From a virus (lineage: Duplodnaviria > Heunggongvirae > Uroviricota > Caudoviricetes), in the IMG/VR virus record IMGVR_UViG_3300042922_000270: a DNA stretch of 64,000 nucleotides, one strand, 5' to 3'. The number at the start of each line of letters is the position of its first letter. Position 1 is the first letter of the stretch. A program made the translations under genes and the position numbers. Below are positions 18,300 to 26,474 of the stretch, piece after piece. Below the pieces are notes generated by a model. That model searched no databases and had not been told where the DNA came from. It was given only the letters and a program-made list of their open reading frames with translations.

Positions 18300-18536
18300 T
18301 TATTTAGTAAAGACTACTTCATAGTCTTGTTCCCTGAAGTAGATATAGCTAACTCTACCAGAAGGGTCGTGAATGGCAACCATACGGTCTTCTTCCTCAA
18401 ACCCGTGTAGACCTATCCTGACTACTTCGTGTATTGATTGAGAGTCGTATATTGCTTTGTAGCCAGGTATATGTATCCAAGGATCTTCAGGTGCTTCAAC
18501 CATAACGATCAAGTCACCTATCTTGGCTTTGTTCAT
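18300..18536 (-). CDS. GDLV...FTx family mini-protein
   Basis: AKIGDLIVM ... YEVVFTK*. Confidence 0.8.
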   Translation of the reverse strand: MNKAKIGDLIVMVEAPEDPWIHIPGYKAIYDSQSIHEVVRIGLHGFEEEDRMVAIHDPSGRVSYIYFREQDYEVVFTK

Positions 18537-18830
18537 TTAAGATGTCTTACCATCGATAAAGTCCAGTGCAGCTAGGATTCTAGCCTTAGGGGTATCCTGC
18601 TTGAAGCGTTTGTCCTTGCCATCATTGATGTCGGCAATACCGGATAGAGTCTTAGTCCAGATGAGCCTATTAAGGGCTCTGGATTCGTCTGTATCGTTCA
18701 TGGTCTTACGGGCACCACAATGACCTAGAGCACAGAAGGCATTCTCTTTGAACTCATCTGTGAAAGATCCAACAGTCCACTGCTCATCAGGAATATCTTT
18801 AAACTTGTTTCTAAAGTAGTTAGTATCCAT
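18537..18830 (-). CDS. hypothetical protein
   Basis: Start MDTNY; FCALGHCG motif. Confidence 0.7.
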   Translation of the reverse strand: MDTNYFRNKFKDIPDEQWTVGSFTDEFKENAFCALGHCGARKTMNDTDESRALNRLIWTKTLSGIADINDGKDKRFKQDTPKARILAALDFIDGKTS

Positions 18831-18832
18831 AT

Positions 18833-19204
18833 TTAATCCCATAGTGAACAATAGTGCTTAGCGAATAAGTCTAGACCATTCTGTACACGTGCCCATAGGT
18901 CTGAACTGTATGTTCCCCACCTTTGCTCACCAGCTAGAAACTCATGAGCAAAGATCATCTCGTCTAACTTCTGCTCCCACTCTTCCATAGTCATACCTAC
19001 AGGATAACCATGAAGATTATCTCTAAAGAGCTTGAGTCTAGGTAGGATTAGTTTAGATAGGGTTTGGTCCAGAGACCATAGATCTGAATCGTCCCAGCCA
19101 CGTGTAAGTCTCTGAAAGAAGAAGGTTAGAGTCCTTCTATGTCTACGTGTCTTCTCATCTAGCCAGTCAGCTAGATTATAAGTCTTCTGATCTCCGGGGT
19201 CCAT
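18833..19204 (-). CDS. hypothetical phage protein
   Basis: DLWSLDQTL..LILPRLKLF...WEQKLDEMIFA...GLDLFAKHY.SLWD pattern. Confidence 0.75.
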   Translation of the reverse strand: MDPGDQKTYNLADWLDEKTRRHRRTLTFFFQRLTRGWDDSDLWSLDQTLSKLILPRLKLFRDNLHGYPVGMTMEEWEQKLDEMIFAHEFLAGEQRWGTYSSDLWARVQNGLDLFAKHYCSLWD

Positions 19205-19205
19205 A

Positions 19206-19565
19206 TTAGTTAAGTGTTCCGTGAGTCTCTATAATGTCTACAGTTACCTTACAGGTATTCATATCTCCAGGGGAGGGATTCTCGTAGGTGATACGAGCTT
19301 TCACGTAGGTGATATTAGCATGAGCAGCGTAGCACATAGTATCACTATCGTGAGTATCTACCATATCATCTACCATGTCTTGCTCGTCTGCTGAGCCCTC
19401 GTAGGCTTCTACAGTAAAGTTGCTCTCGTCACCCTCTATGTACTCATAGAGCCATACAGCTTTATTAATCTCAGCATCGTAGAGTATGTTAATAGCGTCA
19501 TCACCAAAGTCCATCTCTAGACTCTTGATGACTGCAGGATCGTTTTTAACTACCAATTTACCCAT
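19206..19565 (-). CDS. hypothetical acidic protein
   Basis: Coupled ORF. Confidence 0.7.
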   Translation of the reverse strand: MGKLVVKNDPAVIKSLEMDFGDDAINILYDAEINKAVWLYEYIEGDESNFTVEAYEGSADEQDMVDDMVDTHDSDTMCYAAHANITYVKARITYENPSPGDMNTCKVTVDIIETHGTLN

Positions 19566-19852
19566 AGTTTGATATCCTCTGGAAGATCTAAGTAATCATA
19601 TAGTTGCTTAATGTAGGGTAACAGCTCTAATTCTTCAGACTGAAAGCAGTGAGCAAAGTTCTCCATCTCATAGATTCTATCCTTAAGATAGAACCCACGC
19701 ATGGTACCGTTACCTACCTCACCATTACCCTCTACCCTACGAAATAGCCAATCATGTATTCTAACTGTAGGGACACCAGAGTCATATTTGAATAACTGGT
19801 TGACTGCGTTGGTTAAGTCTTCAGGAGTAATATATTGTACTGTTTTTACCAC
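19550..19852 (-). CDS. hypothetical protein
   Basis: Coupled ORF. Confidence 0.65.
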   Translation of the reverse strand: MVKTVQYITPEDLTNAVNQLFKYDSGVPTVRIHDWLFRRVEGNGEVGNGTMRGFYLKDRIYEMENFAHCFQSEELELLPYIKQLYDYLDLPEDIKLWVNW

Positions 19853-20064
19853 TAGGCTACTACCAAAGGGTAGATAACATCCATGTCTACGATGTTACCA
19901 GCTACAGAAAATCTATAGGATAGCAGTACATCTGCTAGTGTGTTGTAATCAGGATCAAGAGCTACTGTCTCATCACTGATTAGGGTCTCTACCTCTGCTC
20001 GGGCTACTTCTTTAGCAGTAGTAGTTAGCTCAGAGTAGTGATAAACTTCAATTGTGTATCTCAA
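19852..20064 (-). CDS. hypothetical protein
   Basis: Coupled ORF. Confidence 0.6.
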   Translation of the reverse strand: MRYTIEVYHYSELTTTAKEVARAEVETLISDETVALDPDYNTLADVLLSYRFSVAGNIVDMDVIYPLVVA

Positions 20065-20252
20065 GTTAATTGTCTCTTAAAGTAATGATAGCCGTCAGCT
20101 AGGACGGCTACTAACTCCCAGCCCTCTTCACCTAGCCAGTTAAGTTGCTCTTGAATAGAGCCACAGTCACAAGACCAGGAAGAGCAGTTACAAAGAGTGA
20201 TGTGTTGGTGTTTGTACTCCCACCGGGGTAGCATATCTTGTTGTGTTCTCAT
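20061..20252 (-). CDS. DUF4177-like protein
   Basis: RWEYK...LNWLGEEGWELVAV...YFKR. Confidence 0.75.
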   Translation of the reverse strand: MRTQQDMLPRWEYKHQHITLCNCSSWSCDCGSIQEQLNWLGEEGWELVAVLADGYHYFKRQLT

Positions 20253-20458
20253 ATTTGTTGAGAAGCTCCATCATCCTGGAAGATCTCAATATAATCCTGT
20301 AACCAAGGATCCATGTTTAGAGTACCCAGTCCATCTTTAACCTGTTCCCAAGCTTTCTTAAGGCAAGATGAATACTCTTCCTCAGTCATATCCTTTAATG
20401 GGGTGTGATCCCCTATTGTAACTGTTACGTCTACTTTTAATGTTATGTGTGTTTGCAT
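20249..20458 (-). CDS. hypothetical protein
   Basis: Start MQTHI downstream of the tRNA terminator. Confidence 0.55.
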   Translation of the reverse strand: MQTHITLKVDVTVTIGDHTPLKDMTEEEYSSCLKKAWEQVKDGLGTLNMDPWLQDYIEIFQDDGASQQI

Positions 20459-20490
20459 AAAATAAAAGGACACCCCTAGGTGGGGTGTCC
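20459..20490 (-). terminator. intrinsic terminator after tRNA-Val
   Basis: GGACACCCC/GGGGTGTCC plus TTTTATTTT; near copy of 16811-16843. Confidence 0.8.
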
Positions 20491-20495
20491 TATAG

Positions 20496-20567
20496 TCGGC
20501 AATCCCGGATTCGAACCGGGAACCTTCTCCGTGTAAAGGAGCTGCGCTACCGTTGCGCCAATCGCCG
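20496..20567 (-). tRNA. tRNA-Val(TAC)
   Basis: CTCC-TTTACAC-GGAG. Confidence 0.92.
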
Positions 20568-20796
20568 AAATGGGAATACTTCATCAGTTCCTTTGATAAT
20601 GGAGGTCGTTCTCCGACTGTGACGGTCCTTGCGGAACCTGATTCCCGTTTATAGACTCTATGAGTCTACATCTTTGAGTTGATCTTCTTCTTGATCAACC
20701 AATCTTTGTTCTTGTCTGTTATGAGCTTTACCACCATCATAGGATGTAGGGAATACAGCATCATCATAACCACAGGGGATAATCTTACGACGTGTA

Positions 20797-21066
20797 CTAG
20801 TTCTCTTCTTCTTGAAGTGGGCCATCAGTATTCAAGTCCTTAATCTCTTCAATTATAAAGTCTCTGACTTTGGCCCTGACCTTTTGATGTCCTGCTCTCT
20901 TGGTTCCCTTGCGGGCTCTCCTGTAGCATTTCTCACCAGGTCCGTGGTGTACCATGTCCCAGCCATTACCTTCGACCTCTAGTTGTTTATCTAGAATGTC
21001 TTTCTTCATGAAGGTATGTTCGTGAGACTGATCGTCTTTAAAATCTCTTTGATGATTAGTCTTCAT
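20797..21066 (-). CDS. hypothetical protein
   Basis: 89-aa ORF with SD. Confidence 0.6.
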   Translation of the reverse strand: MKTNHQRDFKDDQSHEHTFMKKDILDKQLEVEGNGWDMVHHGPGEKCYRRARKGTKRAGHQKVRAKVRDFIIEEIKDLNTDGPLQEEEN

Positions 21067-21081
21067 AGTGTTACCTATTAG

Positions 21082-21154
21082 TCTGGGCGGTAGGACTCGA
21101 ACCTACGACCTCCGCGTTCCAAACACGGCTTTCTACCGACTGAAGTACGCCCAG
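21082..21154 (-). tRNA. tRNA-Pro(TGG)
   Basis: CCGTG-TTTGGAA-CGCGG. Confidence 0.93.
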
Positions 21155-21190
21155 TTATGAGCCCCACTTACGGGGCTCTAAGTTATATTA

Positions 21191-21652
21191 CTACCAATCT
21201 ACTAGTGTGTCAACTAGTGATTCGATCTGTTTACGTGTATCCTCGGGAAGAGACAGTTCAACAGCCTTGCTGTGTTCAACCCACTTAAAGGGCTCCAGTA
21301 CAGGCTGTTGGCGTAGGTCATCACTTACATATAGTACATAAGTGAAGTCTTCAGCTTTCCTCTTCTCGATGTGTTGGAAGACTGTAATCGGTGTCGGTAG
21401 GTGAGTAGCTCTGTCAGAGACTGTATGTGTCTGGAATGTAATAACCAGACCAGTCTCTTCTTGAATCTCACGTTGGAGAGCCTCGTGAAGAAGCTCTCCA
21501 TGCTCTACGTGTCCTCCCGGTCCCACCCATTCACCGTTAAGCTTAGGGTGTTCATGTAGAAGGATCTCTGTCTTACCGTCAGATCTCTCATACACCAAGA
21601 GAGCTGATACAGTCCTTACTAGTTCTAGTGTTCCTTCTTGCATACGGTGCAA
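21191..21652 (-). CDS. Nudix hydrolase
   Basis: Nudix box GGHVEHGELLHEALQREIQEETGL. Confidence 0.9.
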   Translation of the reverse strand: MHRMQEGTLELVRTVSALLVYERSDGKTEILLHEHPKLNGEWVGPGGHVEHGELLHEALQREIQEETGLVITFQTHTVSDRATHLPTPITVFQHIEKRKAEDFTYVLYVSDDLRQQPVLEPFKWVEHSKAVELSLPEDTRKQIESLVDTLVDW

Positions 21653-21782
21653 CGCTTCTTAGGAGGGTTGTCCGCAGTCTCGTTCATAACTCGCTGACCC
21701 TTACCGTAGAGAGCATCCTGGCCCTCATTCGAACAAGAGCAGCTACGAACCAAAGTCTTCTGTGCAGCCATATTAGCAACCT

Positions 21783-21989
21783 TTACTTAGTAAATAAAAC
21801 TTGTACACTGTCTTCGATAATTCTGTAGTTATAGCCTGCTAGTCCCAAATATCAGGTACCATCGATTGCAACAAATATGTCATCGACTTCAGCTATAGCG
21901 TTTAAGTTGATAGTCCAGTAGTCTACCCAGTACTTCGGGTGTCCATCAGGAACCTTAATTACTTGGATAATATCTCCGACCTGAATCAT
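21783..21989 (-). pseudogene. GDLV...FTx family member with in-frame TGA (not in ORF track)
   Basis: MIQVGDIIQV...IDGT*YLGLAG...VQVLFTK*; TGA at 21852-21854 (codon 46). Confidence 0.75.
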
Positions 21990-22228
21990 TGGGTGAATAC
22001 CACTTTGAGAGCTTTAGAGGGTACAGCATACCTACCAAGATCATACCACATCCAGTCATGGTCCCCTCGGAAAGGGGTTCCCATGACTTCGAAGATGGTA
22101 GTATTGGCATGCTCAGTGATCCACTCATAGTACTCGGTGTACATTGAGTAGCCTACTGGGTATTCAGTAATGTATACCAGATCGCCTTTACGTGGCTCTT
22201 GCTCTGATGTTTGCGAATGTGTCGTCAA
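21986..22228 (-). CDS. GDLV...FTx family mini-protein
   Basis: PRKGDLVYI ... LKVVFTQ*. Confidence 0.78.
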   Translation of the reverse strand: MTTHSQTSEQEPRKGDLVYITEYPVGYSMYTEYYEWITEHANTTIFEVMGTPFRGDHDWMWYDLGRYAVPSKALKVVFTQ

Positions 22229-23561
22229 CTAGGAGTTTACCGTTCTCGTATACTGTCTGCATGAGACTACCTGGATTCAGGTGACCATCGAAGGGATCAA
22301 CCTGGGTAGTAAGAGGACCATTACCGTAGTCCACTAGATCCAGACGGCCTCTCTTGGACTTCTTGCCAGGATCGGTCACAGGCTCTTTGTAGACATCGAT
22401 GTACTCACCATTGGCACGGATAAGAGAACACTTCATTGCGAACTTCTGAGTGTCTCTGTCTACCTTCTGTAGAAGAGCACCACCCATACCGAAAGCAATA
22501 TTGTCTGCAGAATAGCCGTTAAGAGCCAGCGTATTGAGAATCCTGTGGATGCTATCATACTCGACTCCATCACCCTGAATAACTCTGACCTGAGGAGGAA
22601 GGACCTTGTAGCCCTTGGAGTTGATCGTGGTACCAAACTGCTGGTCTAGAAGCTTAATGACACGCAACACCACAGTAGCAGGATCACCGCTATCGGGACG
22701 AATAACCAAGGTCCCTTCTCTTGACAGGACTTGATTTTTGAGGGCTCCGCCCCAAATGTTTTCAACACAGTTGAAGATATCGTATGAGTCAGATACACAA
22801 GCGACAAGACCAGTAGGGAACTGATCAAGCATGTTTCTACATGCATCTAGCTCATTAGCCCTTCCCCACGACGTAATACTCGAATGTTCAGAGGCTGGAA
22901 TGGAGAAACCTGCCATGTCCTCAGAGTAGTACTCAGAAGCGTACAGGAGGGCAGGGATGGTGTCAGAGCCCATGAAGTTGACCAGATGGGCCATACCGCC
23001 AATACCGGCGCTCTCTTGGGACGAGACTCCGCGTGAACCAAAATCGTGTAGCTTGAAAAGCAGTCCGTCAGTCGAATCACAGGTCATCTCCATGTACTTA
23101 CGGATAAGACCTTTGATCTTATACGAGGTGGTGGCAACGGTGATGGGGTACCAGACACGAAGCAACATGGTCTCAAGCCAGGACACGATCCAGAAGAACT
23201 CAGGGTCGGTCGACTCGATGGACATCATGATGTTGCTGGTCTTGAGAACGGTACCTTCGGGGACAGCTCTGATCTTCACAGGGAACTGACCACTGTACTT
23301 ATAGTACATGTCGCCCCAGCCTGCTTCATTAAAGGGGATACCGTGAGCTTTACAGAGATCGCGCATCTTAGCAACGTCCTCAAGCTTAAAGCCCTTCATG
23401 ACGTACTCTTTGAGGATGTACTGCAGACCGAAGAAGACGGTCTCATCGTACTTGCCACCACGTGACTCGATGTACGAGAACATGTAGTCGGTACCAGGAG
23501 GGTACTGCATGTAGTGCGAAGGCTTGTAGGAATCTGTATCGAATACAGGTGAAAGTTTCAT
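22188..23561 (-). CDS. nadV: nicotinamide phosphoribosyltransferase (NAMPT)
   Basis: DTDSYK.SH..QYP, KLHDFGSRG, IPASEHS, VSDSYD, IRPDSGDP, IQGDG, KKSKRG. Confidence 0.96.
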   Translation of the reverse strand: MKLSPVFDTDSYKPSHYMQYPPGTDYMFSYIESRGGKYDETVFFGLQYILKEYVMKGFKLEDVAKMRDLCKAHGIPFNEAGWGDMYYKYSGQFPVKIRAVPEGTVLKTSNIMMSIESTDPEFFWIVSWLETMLLRVWYPITVATTSYKIKGLIRKYMEMTCDSTDGLLFKLHDFGSRGVSSQESAGIGGMAHLVNFMGSDTIPALLYASEYYSEDMAGFSIPASEHSSITSWGRANELDACRNMLDQFPTGLVACVSDSYDIFNCVENIWGGALKNQVLSREGTLVIRPDSGDPATVVLRVIKLLDQQFGTTINSKGYKVLPPQVRVIQGDGVEYDSIHRILNTLALNGYSADNIAFGMGGALLQKVDRDTQKFAMKCSLIRANGEYIDVYKEPVTDPGKKSKRGRLDLVDYGNGPLTTQVDPFDGHLNPGSLMQTVYENGKLLVDDTFANIRARAT

Positions 23562-23568
23562 TGTTATT

Positions 23569-23610
23569 GATCCTCCGTGGATTATGTTTATTACTACCCT
23601 ACCTGGGTAG
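23569..23610 (-). promoter_or_regulatory. twin-hairpin leader (copy 1)
   Basis: CTACCC-AGGTA-GGGTAG then ATCC-ACGGA-GGAT over the SD of NAMPT. Confidence 0.55.
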
Positions 23611-23637
23611 ATTTATTTAGTAAAGATGTCTTTGATC

Positions 23638-23835
23638 TTATATGGTATAGAAAAGTTCAGCTTGTGAGTCGTAGCACATATCAGGAAGACCTAGCTCATC
23701 TGGATCGTCACTATAGTAGAGAAAGTATGGAAGTATAGTACTACCCCCTACCACTTCAACTATCTTGTTGAAGTCTCTATTATAGATACCTGTGATTCTA
23801 ACTAGATCACCCTTTTTAAAACACGTGCCTATCAC
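23638..23835 (-). CDS. GDLV...FTx family mini-protein
   Basis: FKKGDLVRI ... AELFYTI*. Confidence 0.75.
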   Translation of the reverse strand: MIGTCFKKGDLVRITGIYNRDFNKIVEVVGGSTILPYFLYYSDDPDELGLPDMCYDSQAELFYTI

Positions 23836-24890
23836 TAAACCTTCCGATTAACGAAGTAGTTGATAATGTGGTAGTGGTCTTCGAAGAACTTGTCTTCGTT
23901 ACGACCAAGGTCAGATAGAGGCATCCAGAAAGCCTTCTCAGCATCATCAGAACCCTTAACGTAGGGCAACTGACCATAACCTAGATCGAAGAAGTGACCG
24001 ATAGTAATCGTTCTACCTCTAAGAGATCTGAAGGGGTGAGCAAAGTTCTTGACTGCTTTAAGGCCAGCATCAAGCTCTTGCTTGGTGACCCTAATCTTAG
24101 TCTCTTCTTTTAGCTCACGAATGGCTGCTTCCTCTGGGAACTCGAACTGGCCCAAGAACCCACCAGGGATGGCGTATAGGCCCTTACCTGGATTAAGCTT
24201 ACGCTGAACAACAAGTACATGACCTGATCTGATGACTACAGCATCAACTGTAGTAAACGTAACAGGGTAGGGCGTATTAGCCCAAGAAGCCTTGTAGTTC
24301 TTGTTGTATAGGTCCTCTGCGCCAAGATCTAGATAGCTCTGAGTCTTGCTGAACTCCAATAGGAAGTTAGCTACGGGTTCGGGAACTAGGCTAGCAACCT
24401 TAGCGTTGGTACCCCAAGCGAAGTATTCATCACGGACCTGAGTGGCGCTGACCTTGAGCTTAACGTGAATCTCTTCGTAGGTCCACTGAGGGAACATGTT
24501 CAGGTAATACGTGCTCTCATCTCTATCAGCCCCAAAGAGACAGATGTCTTTAGGTAGGGCTCTAGTCTTAATATCATCAGGATCATGGAAACGGTTAACA
24601 ATATTCTGCACCGCACCTTGGACTTCAGCGACCCATGTAATGTCACTATTAAAATGATCTCTGACGGGCACATACTCTACTCGTTGATTCTGTTCAAGAG
24701 TTAGTGAAGCACTAATCATCCTGGCTCTATCTTCCCAAGTCCAAGGGTTCTTGATAGAGGGGGCAGAATAACTGGACCCAAGAACAACAATAACGCGGTC
24801 GCACTTCTTTAGAGCTGCATCCACGTTGAGTAGGTGTGCGTTATGAAAGGGTTGAAAGCGTCCGATGAGGACCCCAAACTTGAAGGGCAC
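23835..24890 (-). CDS. nadM: bifunctional NMN adenylyltransferase / ADP-ribose pyrophosphatase (NadM-Nudix)
   Basis: IGRFQPFHNAH, KNPW, SATQVR, TVDAVV, PGGF...AIRELKEET, DDAEKAFW, FEDH. Confidence 0.95.
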   Translation of the reverse strand: MPFKFGVLIGRFQPFHNAHLLNVDAALKKCDRVIVVLGSSYSAPSIKNPWTWEDRARMISASLTLEQNQRVEYVPVRDHFNSDITWVAEVQGAVQNIVNRFHDPDDIKTRALPKDICLFGADRDESTYYLNMFPQWTYEEIHVKLKVSATQVRDEYFAWGTNAKVASLVPEPVANFLLEFSKTQSYLDLGAEDLYNKNYKASWANTPYPVTFTTVDAVVIRSGHVLVVQRKLNPGKGLYAIPGGFLGQFEFPEEAAIRELKEETKIRVTKQELDAGLKAVKNFAHPFRSLRGRTITIGHFFDLGYGQLPYVKGSDDAEKAFWMPLSDLGRNEDKFFEDHYHIINYFVNRKV

Positions 24891-24895
24891 GATAT

Positions 24896-24935
24896 TAACC
24901 TCCGTGGTTATTTTGTCTTAGCTCCTCTCTGGAGC
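24896..24935 (-). promoter_or_regulatory. twin-hairpin leader (copy 2)
   Basis: GCTCC-AGAGA-GGAGC then TAACC-ACGGA-GGTTA over the SD of NadM. Confidence 0.55.
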
Positions 24936-24960
24936 ATGGTATAAATTTATCACAAACTTC

Positions 24961-25152
24961 TTAGATTGTAAAGATAGGTGTTAGGTATTCTGGTTTAACT
25001 GAGGTCCAACCACCATCAGCATACTTGACACTATATCTCAAGAATTCACCAACCTTAGGTGCGTAGACGATCTCTACGATCTCGCCATTATGTTCGTACT
25101 CATAAGGGAATTGAATTATAGCTAGATCGCCAACGTTAAATTGTAAAGACAA
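24961..25152 (-). CDS. GDLV...FTx array member
   Basis: FNVGDLAII...LTPIFTI*. Confidence 0.8.
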   Translation of the reverse strand: MSLQFNVGDLAIIQFPYEYEHNGEIVEIVYAPKVGEFLRYSVKYADGGWTSVKPEYLTPIFTI

Positions 25153-25336
25153 GTTCTACCTCATTATCGAAGTAATAGTTGTCCCACAGTCCTAGTTCTT
25201 CCTGTTCTTCATAAGAGCAGTAGACACCACCAGATATAACATAATCGACCTTAAAGATCTTACCGATATTTTCGGTTACGTCCTGATAGTCAGACCTAAC
25301 AATAACTACCAGATCTCCTGGTTTAAACTTACTCAT
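25136..25336 (-). CDS. GDLV...FTx array member
   Basis: FKPGDLVVI...EVELVFTI*. Confidence 0.85.
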   Translation of the reverse strand: MSKFKPGDLVVIVRSDYQDVTENIGKIFKVDYVISGGVYCSYEEQEELGLWDNYYFDNEVELVFTI

Positions 25337-25536
25337 GTAGTGAAAACTAACTCTATCTCATCAAAGCGGTAGAAGTCTACAGCTAGTTTTAGTTCATCCA
25401 TCTCTCTAACAGAGACATAAATGCCATCGCTTTCGACATCAGCAACCCTTACTATCTTATCTTTATCTAGAGGATTATAGTCTAAGTCGGGATTGGAGAT
25501 AGTTACCAGATCACCTATTTTATATTGTGAATACAA
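25333..25536 (-). CDS. GDLV...FTx array member
   Basis: YKIGDLVTI...EIELVFTT*. Confidence 0.85.
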   Translation of the reverse strand: MYSQYKIGDLVTISNPDLDYNPLDKDKIVRVADVESDGIYVSVREMDELKLAVDFYRFDEIELVFTT

Positions 25537-25723
25537 GTTGTAACTCTCTAAAAGAGTAGTAAGATAAAGTAAGCCCTACAGCCTTCTGCTCTTCTGGGTC
25601 TACCCACACCCCGTTTGTAACCACCCTACCAGCTTTAAAGATCTTACCTTGGTCTTCAGGATTATAATCCTGGTCGGCGTTAACTATGATTACGAGGTCA
25701 CCGGTTCTAAATGGTAAAGACAA
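25520..25723 (-). CDS. GDLV...FTx array member
   Basis: FRTGDLVII...ELQLVFTI*. Confidence 0.85.
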   Translation of the reverse strand: MSLPFRTGDLVIIVNADQDYNPEDQGKIFKAGRVVTNGVWVDPEEQKAVGLTLSYYSFRELQLVFTI

Positions 25724-25907
25724 GTTCTACCTCGTGAAAGTAATAAAAGACATCAACTAAATCTTTAGAGTCTTCAGCAAAGCTATCAGCATAGACGCCC
25801 TTAGCATTCATCTTATCTATTCTAAAGATCTTACCTAGATCTTCCAGAGCATCTGGCTCTGTGTGTACGATGACTACCAGGTCACCAACTTTAAACTGTG
25901 AAGACAA
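25707..25907 (-). CDS. GDLV...FTx array member
   Basis: FKVGDLVVI...EVELVFTI*. Confidence 0.85.
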   Translation of the reverse strand: MSSQFKVGDLVVIVHTEPDALEDLGKIFRIDKMNAKGVYADSFAEDSKDLVDVFYYFHEVELVFTI

Positions 25908-26091
25908 GCTCTACCTCAGTAAAGAAAAAGTAAGAGCAGGTAAGCTCCGCATAGGACTCATCGTCACTGTCTGCCCAAACTCCATCACGGTCAATGTCCC
26001 TTATCTTAAAGATCTTATCTTTATCCCGCACATACTCAGGTTCTGGTTTTGAGATGATCACTAGATCACCTGCTTTAAATTGTGAAGACAA
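25891..26091 (-). CDS. GDLV...FTx array member
   Basis: FKAGDLVII...EVELVFTV*. Confidence 0.85.
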   Translation of the reverse strand: MSSQFKAGDLVIISKPEPEYVRDKDKIFKIRDIDRDGVWADSDDESYAELTCSYFFFTEVELVFTV

Positions 26092-26278
26092 GCTCTAATT
26101 CATCCGGATAGTAAGCGTCGTGTAGCCCTAGAGATTCAATCTCTTCATCTTTAGGGTATACGTCGCCATCGTGAGGATCTATAGAGTCAATGATAAAGAT
26201 CTTACCTTTATCATCTAAGGCATCCTCTCTTGGAGTAACAATTGATACCAGGTCACCTGGTTTATAATGTGAAGACAA
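26075..26278 (-). CDS. GDLV...FTx array member
   Basis: YKPGDLVSI...ELELVFTI*. Confidence 0.85.
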   Translation of the reverse strand: MSSHYKPGDLVSIVTPREDALDDKGKIFIIDSIDPHDGDVYPKDEEIESLGLHDAYYPDELELVFTI

Positions 26279-26474
26279 GTTCTAACTCTTTTATGAAATA
26301 ATAAGAATGACCAAGTTTAAGGCTCATGCGTTCTTCTGTTGAAGGATAAATCCATATTCTGGTTCCATCTTCATACAAGTAATCAACTCTAAATATCTTA
26401 CCCACGTCTTCAGATATAGCAGTTTTACAATCAATTAATATTACAAGGTCGCCGACCTTAAAGGGTGAAGACAA
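26262..26474 (-). CDS. GDLV...FTx array member
   Basis: FKVGDLVIL...ELELVFTL*. Confidence 0.85.
   Translation of the reverse strand: MSSPFKVGDLVILIDCKTAISEDVGKIFRVDYLYEDGTRIWIYPSTEERMSLKLGHSYYFIKELELVFTL

Noticed and set aside
21852-21854. Genome-wide TGA or TAG recoding
   Set aside because: Both codons end many genes at conserved positions, long genes are intact in the standard code, and no suppressor tRNA was found
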